The notes under the pieces were generated by a model. The model ran no database searches, was not told where the DNA came from, and saw only the letters and a program-made list of their open reading frames with translations. From assembly GCA_949285275.1 (NCBI GenBank), contig CASEBP010000103.1, forward strand, positions 947 through 64,946: a stretch of 64,000 bases of DNA, given 5' to 3'. This stretch comes from an uncultured Oscillospiraceae bacterium. GTDB taxonomy: Bacteria; Bacillota; Clostridia; Oscillospirales; Ruminococcaceae. Both the position numbers and the translations under genes were made by a program. Positions 19,589-28,139 of this stretch are shown in pieces (the stretch's first letter is position 1; each line of letters begins with the position of its first letter).

Positions 19589-20662
19589 TCAGCGGAAAAG
19601 ATGGATATCCCCTGATTCGTTGAGATTTCGCAGCAGCGAAAGAGCGATCGGCAGGCCGAACAGCCCAAGAAAGCCGAACCACCGGGTGCCGACAAACATT
19701 GCAGCCAGGATGACCACCGGATGCAGCCCCAGCTGGCTCCCGACAATCTTCGGTTCGATGATGTTGCGGATGATCGTGACGACGACATAGACGACGCCAA
19801 GACCGATGGCGAGACGGTAATTTCCGTGGATGGCGGTCAAAAGGGCCCAGGGCACCATGATACCGCCGGTTCCGAGAACCGGAAGGATGTCGAAGATGGC
19901 GACGCACAGGGCGATCAGAATGGCGTGATCGATCCTGAGCAGCGAAAGGCCAAAGGACAGCTCCACAAAGGTGATGCTCATAATAATCAGGTAGGAGCGG
20001 ATGCAGATCCAGAGGGTGCCGACCAGGTACTGCCGGATATGAAGCAGCAGTTCCCGGCCCCGTCCGGTGAACTGGCGCAGAACAAAGCCCGCCAACATAT
20101 CGTAATCCTTGGCCACAAAGAAGGTGGAGATGACCATCAGCAGCAGCTTGATGAAAAAGCCGGGCAGCGACGAAGCCCATCCCGAAAGGGAACTCAGCGC
20201 TACCACCGACAGCGTGGAAACCGAGCTGCCCAGCGATTCGATGGCCTGATAGAGCAGGTCGTTGAGGGTCTGGACCACCGAGGGATCCATCCGGGAGAAG
20301 AGCTGGTTGAGCCAGTCCATCAGTGAGAAGAGGGTCGGAAGGATCGACTCATTATAGAAGGATGGCAGCAGCGTCATCATCCCCTGCAGGGTGGAGATCA
20401 GCTTGAGGCACAGCAACGTAAAGAGCAGTCCGATGGTGGAGTAGAACAACAGCACCACCAGAATCGCGCAGATTCCCCGGCTGATCCCGGTCAGACCCGA
20501 GAGCCGCCGGATCGGGCGCTGCAATACGGCCGACAGCAGAAAGGCGATCACGAAGGGAGCAAGCAGCGGCAGCAAATAACGTGCCCCTGCAAAGGCAAAA
20601 AAGATCAGCAGGGCAAGATAGAGACAGTTGATCAAAAAACGTTTGCGCTGTTCGAGTTCCAT
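19589..20662 (-). CDS. ytvI: Sporulation integral membrane protein YtvI (AI-2E family)
   Basis: Multi-TM protein; D.LPVLGTG, RNIIEPKIVG.QLGLHP. Confidence 0.85.
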   Translation of the reverse strand: MELEQRKRFLINCLYLALLIFFAFAGARYLLPLLAPFVIAFLLSAVLQRPIRRLSGLTGISRGICAILVVLLFYSTIGLLFTLLCLKLISTLQGMMTLLPSFYNESILPTLFSLMDWLNQLFSRMDPSVVQTLNDLLYQAIESLGSSVSTLSVVALSSLSGWASSLPGFFIKLLLMVISTFFVAKDYDMLAGFVLRQFTGRGRELLLHIRQYLVGTLWICIRSYLIIMSITFVELSFGLSLLRIDHAILIALCVAIFDILPVLGTGGIMVPWALLTAIHGNYRLAIGLGVVYVVVTIIRNIIEPKIVGSQLGLHPVVILAAMFVGTRWFGFLGLFGLPIALSLLRNLNESGDIHLFR

Positions 20663-20919
20663 GTGAGACAGATCCTTTCCGCCGGCCGGGAGGATTCCCG
20701 GAAACGGCCCTATAGTGAATTATATCCAGACGGGGGCCGATGCGTCAACCTGATTGGGGCGGTTTTAATCGTTTTTTAACGAAAGGATGGGACTTTCAGG
20801 GAATTGTCCGGAAAATTTTACTTCCCGTTCATTCTTTACAGTCTTTGGCTCTGGTCAAACGATCAGGTTTGTCGTATAATAGCAGAAGCTCGATTTTTCA
20901 TGGAAATGGAGAGACTTTG

Positions 20920-21651
20920 ATGAAAGTACGATTTCTTCCTTTAATGCTGGCGGTAGTGCTGGCGCTGAGCGCCTGCGGAGGCGAGTCCTCCCCTGCGTCG
21001 TCCTCTTCCCAGGCGGAACCGGCTTCTTCTGGGCGGGAACTTTCCGGCCTGATTGTGGACGGAAAGTTTGCTTTTGCTTCACTGGAAGATGCGCTGTTTA
21101 CGATGGAGTATGAGCCGGCCAGCGGATCGGTTACTGCACAGCATCTCGGATTGGAGTTCCCCAGCACGATGAATACCGATTGGGTCGGGGATCAGGACTG
21201 TGTGTCCAACTACACCCTTTATGACGGCACCGATGCCCCCGGCAGCGAGAAAACTCAGTACGGCACCGTGACCATCTCGACTGCGCCGGCCGATCTGGCT
21301 GCTTATTACGGCACCGACGATCCCGCCGCCCAACTGGAAGCGATGAAGGCCCATTATTTCCCGACGGCGGACGTTTTTGAGGGACGCAAAAAGGCGGTGG
21401 TGGAGGATTTCGGCTATGAGCTGGTCTTTGCCGAGCAGGCCGTCTTTGAGGAGCTGGGCTGGAACGGCTTCTTCATCGAATTCATCAACCAGGATACCAA
21501 TACCCGCTCGATGCGCTTCTTTGTCTGCAACGATGAGATGAACGAGAAGTATTATTCCTTCGCTGCCGACGTTGATCTGCCGGCCGACGACGAAGCGCTT
21601 GCCAACCGTTACCGCGCCACCCTCTTTTCGCTGCGTGTGATGGGTGACTGA
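20920..21651 (+). CDS. Uncharacterised lipoprotein
   Basis: Signal peptide MKVRFLPLMLAVVLALSAC with lipobox and Ser-rich linker. Confidence 0.75.
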   Translation: MKVRFLPLMLAVVLALSACGGESSPASSSSQAEPASSGRELSGLIVDGKFAFASLEDALFTMEYEPASGSVTAQHLGLEFPSTMNTDWVGDQDCVSNYTLYDGTDAPGSEKTQYGTVTISTAPADLAAYYGTDDPAAQLEAMKAHYFPTADVFEGRKKAVVEDFGYELVFAEQAVFEELGWNGFFIEFINQDTNTRSMRFFVCNDEMNEKYYSFAADVDLPADDEALANRYRATLFSLRVMGD

Positions 21652-21670
21652 CCGAACGCAGAGAGAAACC

Positions 21671-21706
21671 AACCGCCCGACGGAGTTCATCCGCCGGGCG
21701 GTTTTT
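21671..21706. terminator. Terminator between convergent genes
   Basis: AACCGCCCG.CGGA / TCCG.CGGGCGGTT plus T-tract. Confidence 0.75.
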
Positions 21707-21714
21707 GCTTGCGC

Positions 21715-22488
21715 TCAGCCGGCGAGGTCGGCAAAGATCTGGGTATAGTGTTCGATTTCCTCCTGCTTGCTCTGCTCATAGGCAGCGCGCGCATCCTGAG
21801 CGATTGCGTCATCCGCTCCGATCGCGGCGAGGGCACCGGTCAGCCGCATCAGGATGTCCTGTGCCTGCCGGTCTGCCTGGTCAGCTGCTGACTGGGCCTG
21901 CGGCAGGTACTGCGCGGCCAGACGGGACAGCGCCTCCTGGCGCAGGTCGGGGTCGAGGGCGAGGAATTCCCCGATTGCCTCGTCGCCGAGCTCCTGCAGC
22001 TGGCGCACCAGATTTTCCTTGATGGCAAACAGCTCCTTGACGTACGGCTCTGCGACCTGAAGCTTTTGTTCCTCGGTCAGAATTGGCGGTGCATAGCTGG
22101 CCTGGGATTCGGCGGGGCTCACCAGCGCCTGGGCCGACGGGTCGAGCGGTTCTGGTGCGGACGGTTCCGGCTGAGTGGAATGGCTCGACGAGGGAAGCGG
22201 CTGATCGGGGATAAAACGGGGAGGCTGAGATTCTTCCGACAACACCGCAGAGGAGGCGGACGATTCCCCGGACGGCGATTGGCTGGACGAGGATCTGTAC
22301 GGCGGGGCGCTCTTTTCGGACAGGGAGGATGAGGGCTGAATCGGAACCGATTCGGCCTTCTCGGCGACCTGGCGGGTGGGAGCAGACGGGAGTCCCAGCA
22401 CGCGGGTCAGCTGCTCATCCCGACCGAGGTGGGCTGCGGAGAGGGTGATCAGCAGGAAGGAAAACAGCAGAATCATACAGCGAAGCAA
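21715..22488 (-). CDS. Membrane-anchored/secreted hypothetical protein with Ser/Pro-rich linker and helical C-terminal domain
   Basis: Hydrophobic N-terminus, low-complexity linker, amphipathic helical C-terminus; start uncertain (TTG 22488 or ATG 22476). Confidence 0.6.
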   Translation of the reverse strand: MLRCMILLFSFLLITLSAAHLGRDEQLTRVLGLPSAPTRQVAEKAESVPIQPSSSLSEKSAPPYRSSSSQSPSGESSASSAVLSEESQPPRFIPDQPLPSSSHSTQPEPSAPEPLDPSAQALVSPAESQASYAPPILTEEQKLQVAEPYVKELFAIKENLVRQLQELGDEAIGEFLALDPDLRQEALSRLAAQYLPQAQSAADQADRQAQDILMRLTGALAAIGADDAIAQDARAAYEQSKQEEIEHYTQIFADLAG

Positions 22489-22591
22489 GCAGCATCTTCC
22501 TTTCGGGGGATTTCCTCTGAAGTCTTGCCCGAAAGAAGGAAGGCTATACAGAAAGGGCCGGAGGCATTGCCCCCGGCCCAAATGTGGTGGA

Positions 22592-23332
22592 TCAATGATC
22601 TGAAATCTCCCGCAGGTAACATAGCAGATAGCCGCCTTGTTCCCGGTTGCGGTCTCCGAAGCCGGCGCCCCGGCGCACAAAGGAATCGGGCACCTGGTCC
22701 GAGAAGGCGTCAAAGCAGCCGGCGGCGATCGAAGCACCGGTCGGGGTGACCAGTTCGCCGCAATAGTCGCAGCTGCGGGTCTTCAGCGCGTAGCGTGCCG
22801 TGATCTCCCGCACCGCCGGGACCGGCACCGGGATGCGGCCGCACCGGCATAAAAGGCTTCCCTTCCCGTCGGTCAGCGGGGTGGAGCGGATCCGGTCGGG
22901 AGAAAGCCGGTACAGGCAGAAGGCGGCACCGACCAGATCAACCACCGTATCGACGGCGCCCCGCTCGTGAAATGCGACCGCTTCGACCAAAATACGGTGG
23001 GCGGCGGCGCTGGCCTGTGCCTGAATGGTGAGCATCCGGGCGGCGCGGCGGATCACCTCCGGCGGCAGCGTGCTCGATTCAATCATCGCGAGCAGCTCGG
23101 GATAGCGGCGCTCCCGCTGGTTGTCAGGGTGGGAGGGGATGAGCTGGACCGTGACCTTGGTGCCGGTGATCCCGCCCGAGTGGACGGTGGAGCATCCGAG
23201 CCGGTAACCGCGCAGCGGCAGCAGCGACAGCGTCTGCTCCAGTTCCCCAAACGGAACACCGAGATCGACCAGGGCGCCAAGGGTCATATCGCCGCTGATT
23301 CCGCGGCCGCAGTCGAAGAACAGTTCCCGCAT
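22592..23332 (-). CDS. larC: LarC-family nickel insertion protein, N-terminal part only
   Basis: FFDC..GISGDM.LGALVDLG, FHERGAVDTVVDLVG, PVPVPAV, ELVTPTGA; 246 aa. Confidence 0.8.
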   Translation of the reverse strand: MRELFFDCGRGISGDMTLGALVDLGVPFGELEQTLSLLPLRGYRLGCSTVHSGGITGTKVTVQLIPSHPDNQRERRYPELLAMIESSTLPPEVIRRAARMLTIQAQASAAAHRILVEAVAFHERGAVDTVVDLVGAAFCLYRLSPDRIRSTPLTDGKGSLLCRCGRIPVPVPAVREITARYALKTRSCDYCGELVTPTGASIAAGCFDAFSDQVPDSFVRRGAGFGDRNREQGGYLLCYLREISDH

Positions 23333-24165
23333 GGGTTTTCTCCTTCCCCGCCCGCCCGGGGGCAGGCGCGCATGTAGTGAAAGATCATCTGTTGGGCAAT
23401 CCCCGCACAACCGGACAGCGAGGCGGGAAGTCCCTGGGGGATCAATTCCTGCAGTGCCCGTCCGATCCAGACGTCGACGGGGAAGCACTCCCGATGCCCG
23501 AAGCCGAAGAGCAGCGCACAGTCGGCGACCTTCTTTCCGACCCCGACGATTTGCATCAGCTCAGCCCGGGCCTGATCGGTGTCCAGATGAGGCAGCATCT
23601 CCAGATCGACCTCCCCCGAGACGACCTTTTGGGCAGCGTCGAGCAGATAACGGGCCCGAAAGCCGCACCGCAGTCCGGCCAGGTCCTCGCAGGAGAGACC
23701 GGCGAGCCGCTGGGGCTCCGGAAAGGAGAAGAATCCCTCCCCAATCGGGTCCCCGAACTGGGCGCAGAGCCGTTCAATGATGCCGGAGATCCGCTTGATA
23801 TTGTTGTTCTGGCTCAGAATGAAGCTGGCCAGAGCCTCCCAGCCGTCCTGCCGCAGCACCCGGATTCCGCCGGCAAATTCACAGACCGGGGCGAGAACCG
23901 GAATAGAGGCGATCTCCCGCCGGATGGTGCCGTAATCGGTGGCACAGTCAAAATAGTTCTCCCAGAAGGAGACGGGCGCGTCCGATTCGATGAGCAGACG
24001 GCTCCCCTCCTGGCGGATGAGCGCCCGGTGACGTCCGGCGACGCCGCAGAACGTGCCATCCTCCTGTTGGCGCCAGCGGAATGCCTGGCCGCAGCACAGG
24101 GTCTGTCCCAGATCAAAGTCGGGCAGGGTTAGATGGGATTGTTGTGACAAAAGCAGCTGTTGCAT
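23284..24165 (-). CDS. ogg: 8-oxoguanine DNA glycosylase (HhH-GPD)
   Basis: L.QTLCCGQAFRW, FILSQNNNIKRI, GVGKKVADC, FPVDVW. Confidence 0.9.
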   Translation of the reverse strand: MQQLLLSQQSHLTLPDFDLGQTLCCGQAFRWRQQEDGTFCGVAGRHRALIRQEGSRLLIESDAPVSFWENYFDCATDYGTIRREIASIPVLAPVCEFAGGIRVLRQDGWEALASFILSQNNNIKRISGIIERLCAQFGDPIGEGFFSFPEPQRLAGLSCEDLAGLRCGFRARYLLDAAQKVVSGEVDLEMLPHLDTDQARAELMQIVGVGKKVADCALLFGFGHRECFPVDVWIGRALQELIPQGLPASLSGCAGIAQQMIFHYMRACPRAGGEGENPCGNCSSTAAAESAAI

Positions 24166-24541
24166 GGCGATGGGCTCTCCGTTCTTGGCCGTCCGCAGGG
24201 ACAGACGGCGTGGTAGAGCCTCAGTATACCAGATTTCGTCCCAAAAACGCAAGAAAATTGTCGAAATACAGCACAACGACAAGGAGAGTAAACTGCCAGT
24301 AACAAAATATTTTTTTCTCCAATGCGGGTTTCAAGACTTTTACACCGCCGCCGGACCATTTCGGTTGGTGGAAAAGGGGGATCAAAGCGGCAGTTTTCCA
24401 CGATTTCAACGGAGTTTTCAACAATTTCTTTTGTTCGGTGGAAAGAAACGGTGAATACTGGCAGTAAAACAGGTGAAAATGTTGATGCAGGATCGGAGAA
24501 GAAGGAGGGCCATCCGGCCGGGAAAGATTCGGGGGCGGCGC

Positions 24542-24569
24542 TTGTTTTCGGGGCGAAATATGCTATAAT
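24542..24569 (+). promoter_or_regulatory. Putative promoter for rlmB
   Basis: TTGTTT-16 nt-TATAAT with TGn extension. Confidence 0.55.
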
Positions 24570-24655
24570 GACAACGGATGCTAACCATCGCGTTTTTTCG
24601 AGGCGCGGTGACAGAGGAGAACGCGGCGGCAATGCCGCCCGGGACAGGTGAGACG

Positions 24656-25447
24656 ATGGATCAGCGAGTTCAAAACAAACAGGGCGATGCGGTACAAGAG
24701 CGCACGGATGAACAGCCGGTGGCCGGCCGCAACCCGGTGCTGGAGCTTCTTCGCAGTGAGCGCCCGGTCGACCGGATTTTGATGATCCGGCAGACCGAGG
24801 GAGCGGGAACACTCGGAAAGATTGCGGCGATGGCGCGGCAGGCCGGGATTCCGGTCAAGGATGCCACCCGCGAAAAGCTCGATGGGCTCTGCCCCGGTAT
24901 CAACCATCAGGGGGTCGTTGCCTTTGCCGCGGCCTGTGCCTACTGCACGCTGGAGGATCTGTTCACCCGTGCGGGAGAGGAGCCGCCCTTTTTTGTGATC
25001 GCCGATGGCATCGAGGATCCCCACAATCTGGGGGCAATCATCCGGTCGGCCGATGCGGCGGGAGCCCACGGGGTGATTGTTCCACGGCGCGGTGGGGTTG
25101 GGTTGACCGCTTCGGTGATGAAGGCATCGGCTGGTGCTGCACAGCATCTTCCGGTGGCACGGGTGGCCAACCTTGCTTCAGCGGTGCAGGAGCTGCAGAA
25201 GCGAAACATCTGGGTTTATGCCGCCGATCTGGATGGCGAGGATTGGTGTACGGTCGATTATGCGGGCGGTGTGGCGCTGATCATCGGATCGGAGGGAAAG
25301 GGGGTTTCCCGTCTGCTGCGGGAGCGCAGCGACCGGATTGTAAGCCTCCCCATGTACGGCAGGGTTAATTCGCTCAATGCCTCGGTCGCGGCGGGGATTC
25401 TCCTCTATGAGATTGCGCGTCAACGCAGAGGTATCAAGGCTAGATAG
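24656..25447 (+). CDS. rlmB: 23S rRNA 2'-O-ribose methyltransferase, TrmH/SpoU family
   Basis: GRNPVLE, NHQGV, DPHNLGAIIRSA, GSEGKG, SLNAS. Confidence 0.93.
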   Translation: MDQRVQNKQGDAVQERTDEQPVAGRNPVLELLRSERPVDRILMIRQTEGAGTLGKIAAMARQAGIPVKDATREKLDGLCPGINHQGVVAFAAACAYCTLEDLFTRAGEEPPFFVIADGIEDPHNLGAIIRSADAAGAHGVIVPRRGGVGLTASVMKASAGAAQHLPVARVANLASAVQELQKRNIWVYAADLDGEDWCTVDYAGGVALIIGSEGKGVSRLLRERSDRIVSLPMYGRVNSLNASVAAGILLYEIARQRRGIKAR

Positions 25448-25466
25448 AGCAGAGAGGCGGTAGAAG

Positions 25467-27872
25467 ATGGCCGATAAATACAGTGTGGACGATATTCTCG
25501 CCGAGGTGAGCCGCCGGCGCAGGCAGGAAGGGGGGAGCGATCCATCCCCCGGCGTGTCGCGGCGTGCTTCGGTGCAGCCGGATGCGGCGCCATTTCAGAT
25601 GTCCGGGATGACGGGGGAGTTTGATCCTCCCATCCGGCGCAGTGCCGCAGAGGATACACAGCCGGAGATCAGCGTTTTTTCGCGGTCGGCCGCCGATCCG
25701 ATGGCGACGCGGGTCGATCTTCCGGCCCAGCGCCCCGATCCCAAACGATCCGTCCAGCGGGCGCGGGACCTCGGCGCGACCCAGGTGATTCCGGTTCAGC
25801 GCCCCAGCTCGGATGAGGATGGGTTGGAAAAGCGCCGGCAGGAGAAGGTGCGCCAGTTTATGGAGTCCCCCCGCCCCGCTTTTGATGAGGAGGAGCAGGA
25901 GGACGATCTGCAGGAGGACGATTCGATCGCTTCGCTGTCGCAGTTCTTCGGCGGCCTGCGCCGGGTGGGACCGGCTGCCGGGGGCGGGAGATCTGCCAAA
26001 AGGGATGCCCCTGAGAAGGAACGCCGGCGTCCCGCTTCGCGGCAGGATGAGCCCTCCGCCCCCAGGGAATCCCGGAAACGGGAGGATCGCCGGGCCGAAT
26101 CGGCACGGGAGGGAAATTCTTCCCGCCGCACCGCGCCGGTGGAAGGGGAGTACCGCACGCCTGCTCAGGCGCGGGAGGTCCGGGCCAGGATCCTGCGGGA
26201 CAAGCGGTCCTGCTCGGTCCGTGTTCTGCTGACCGGGATCGGCACAGCGGTGCTGCTCTACCTTTCTCTGTGCAACCTCTATCCCATTCCGCTGCTGCAC
26301 CCGGTCTGCCCTGAAGTGGATATGCGGGTCTTTCTGCTGCTGCACCTGATTTTGCTGCTTCTTATTGCAATCGTGTCCCTTCCGGCGCTGGGCAGCGGCA
26401 TTGTTGGGCTCTTTACCGGCAGAGCCAACCGGGATACCCCTGCTACGCTGTGTACCGTGGCCGTTGTGATCCACGGTGTTGCGCTGATTCTCGCCGAAGA
26501 TGGGCTGCATACCGGGGAGGGCTCCTTCTATTTTGTGGTGGCGGCTGCCGCTCTCTTTGCCAATGCGATCGGGCGGCGCACCGATGCGGTGCGTATGGAG
26601 CGCAACTTTGCCGTCGTCTCGGCCGAGGCGGCCCACACGGGGGATTATCTGCTGACCGGGCGGCTTGCCGCGGAATTGACCGAGGGCCAGGGCTTTGAGG
26701 AACCGGCGGTGGCTTATCCGGTCGAGGTGGGATTCCCGGATGAGTTTGTGCGGCTTTCCGGATCGGATGGCGGATCGGATGGTTTCTCCCGCTATCTGCC
26801 TTACTTTTTCCTGCTCTTTTCGATTCTGCTGGGAGCTATTTCGGTGCTGCTCTTTGATCAGTCCGGACTCAGCGGTCTTTCGATCTTCTGTGCCACCCTC
26901 TGCATGGCTTCTCCGCTGACCGCACTGCTGGTCGGGTCGGTTCCGCTTGCGCGGGCCGCTGCTGCATTGACCAAAGCCGGGGCGATGATTTCCGGTGCAG
27001 AGTCGGTGGAGAAGTTCCAGGATCTCAATACGGTGGCAGTCGATGCGAACGGCCTCTATCCGGTTGGTTCGGTCGAGCTGCACAGCATCAAGTCCTTTGC
27101 CCAGAGCCGGGTTGATGAGGCAATTCTCGATGCGGCCAGCCTGATGATGCAGGTCGATGGGCTGCTCAAGGAGATTTTCCTTGAGATGATTGGCGGAAAT
27201 ACCCGGATCCTCAAGCCGGTTGACCAGGTTGTCTATCACGACCGCGCCGGTCTGAGTGCCGAGGTGGACGGCAAGCAGGTGCTGATTGGCAACCGGACGC
27301 TGATGGAGCAGTTTTCCATCTCGACGCCGTCGAAGGACTATGAAAAGAAGTTTGTCCGGGGCGATCGCGAGATCCTTTATCTGGCCAACTCCGGAGAGGT
27401 CACGGCGATGTTTGTGCTGAGCTACCGTACCGCCCCCGCTGTCGAGCGCTGGCTTGGCCAGCTCGCCCGCCGGGAGATCAGTCTGGTGGTTCAGTCCACC
27501 GACCCCAACATCACCGAGGCACGGATCGCCCGCGACTACAACTATCCCAAGGAGTTTATCCGGATCATCCCTGCCGCCCTTCGGGAGCCCTACCTCAAGA
27601 CCATTGCTCCCCGCAAGCGGGGCAGGGCCTATGTCATATCGATCGGCGGCTTTGCCGTCCGGATGCGGGCGCTCTCCGCGCTGCTGACCCTGCGCCGATC
27701 GGTCATGACCGGGACGGCGCTGCAGATTGCCGGGCTGATTCTGGGATATGCCCTGGTTGCTTTTCTGTCCTTCTCGGGGGCAGCCGCTTCACTGGGCTTT
27801 GCTCAGATCCTGATCTACCAGGGATTTTGGATGGCAGCGGTGCTTCTCTTCCCCAATCTCAGCCGCTATTGA
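25467..27872 (+). CDS. Membrane protein with degenerate P1B-type ATPase fold and long disordered N-terminus
   Basis: GAMISGAESVEKFQDLNTVAVDANG aligns by eye with GILIKGG..LE....DT.VFDKTG; GLSAEVDGKQVLIGN resembles the N-domain; several TM segments. Confidence 0.65.
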   Translation: MADKYSVDDILAEVSRRRRQEGGSDPSPGVSRRASVQPDAAPFQMSGMTGEFDPPIRRSAAEDTQPEISVFSRSAADPMATRVDLPAQRPDPKRSVQRARDLGATQVIPVQRPSSDEDGLEKRRQEKVRQFMESPRPAFDEEEQEDDLQEDDSIASLSQFFGGLRRVGPAAGGGRSAKRDAPEKERRRPASRQDEPSAPRESRKREDRRAESAREGNSSRRTAPVEGEYRTPAQAREVRARILRDKRSCSVRVLLTGIGTAVLLYLSLCNLYPIPLLHPVCPEVDMRVFLLLHLILLLLIAIVSLPALGSGIVGLFTGRANRDTPATLCTVAVVIHGVALILAEDGLHTGEGSFYFVVAAAALFANAIGRRTDAVRMERNFAVVSAEAAHTGDYLLTGRLAAELTEGQGFEEPAVAYPVEVGFPDEFVRLSGSDGGSDGFSRYLPYFFLLFSILLGAISVLLFDQSGLSGLSIFCATLCMASPLTALLVGSVPLARAAAALTKAGAMISGAESVEKFQDLNTVAVDANGLYPVGSVELHSIKSFAQSRVDEAILDAASLMMQVDGLLKEIFLEMIGGNTRILKPVDQVVYHDRAGLSAEVDGKQVLIGNRTLMEQFSISTPSKDYEKKFVRGDREILYLANSGEVTAMFVLSYRTAPAVERWLGQLARREISLVVQSTDPNITEARIARDYNYPKEFIRIIPAALREPYLKTIAPRKRGRAYVISIGGFAVRMRALSALLTLRRSVMTGTALQIAGLILGYALVAFLSFSGAAASLGFAQILIYQGFWMAAVLLFPNLSRY

Positions 27873-27885
27873 AGGAAAATTCAGG

Positions 27886-27917
27886 AAAACCGCCGTCCGA
27901 GGGACGGCGGTTTTTTT
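27886..27917 (+). terminator. Intrinsic terminator
   Basis: AAAACCGCCGTCC-GAG-GGACGGCGGTTTTTTT. Confidence 0.9.
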
Positions 27918-28069
27918 ATGTCCGGCTGCTTCGGTTGGAGAACTCAGCCCAAAAAGTAAAATGATTTCGATAAAAATTAGGCGAAAAAGGAGAAAGTTCC
28001 TCCCAAAAGACAACAAAAATTTTCCTCGATCTTTGGTGCGACCGAGGGGGAAGTTTTCGGGACATCCGA

Positions 28070-28098
28070 TTGACATGCCTCATGATATGGTGTAGAAT
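28070..28098 (+). promoter_or_regulatory. sigma-A promoter of nrdD
   Basis: TTGACA-17 nt-TAGAAT. Confidence 0.8.
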
Positions 28099-28125
28099 AG
28101 GGAAGCTGAATACAATATATTGTGG
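28078..28125. promoter_or_regulatory. Tandem NrdR boxes
   Basis: ATACAATATATTGTGG (28110-28125) is close to the acaCwAtATaTwGtg consensus; a weaker copy CCTCATGATATGGTGT lies 32 bp upstream, inside the promoter. Confidence 0.7.
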
Positions 28126-28139
28126 AGGATAGAACGGCC

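Noticed and set aside
23284-23370. Cys-containing C-terminal extension of Ogg as a 4Fe-4S (EndoIII-type) motif
   Set aside because: Only three Cys and the spacing does not match C-X6-C-X2-C-X5-C; probably a by-product of the overlap with larC
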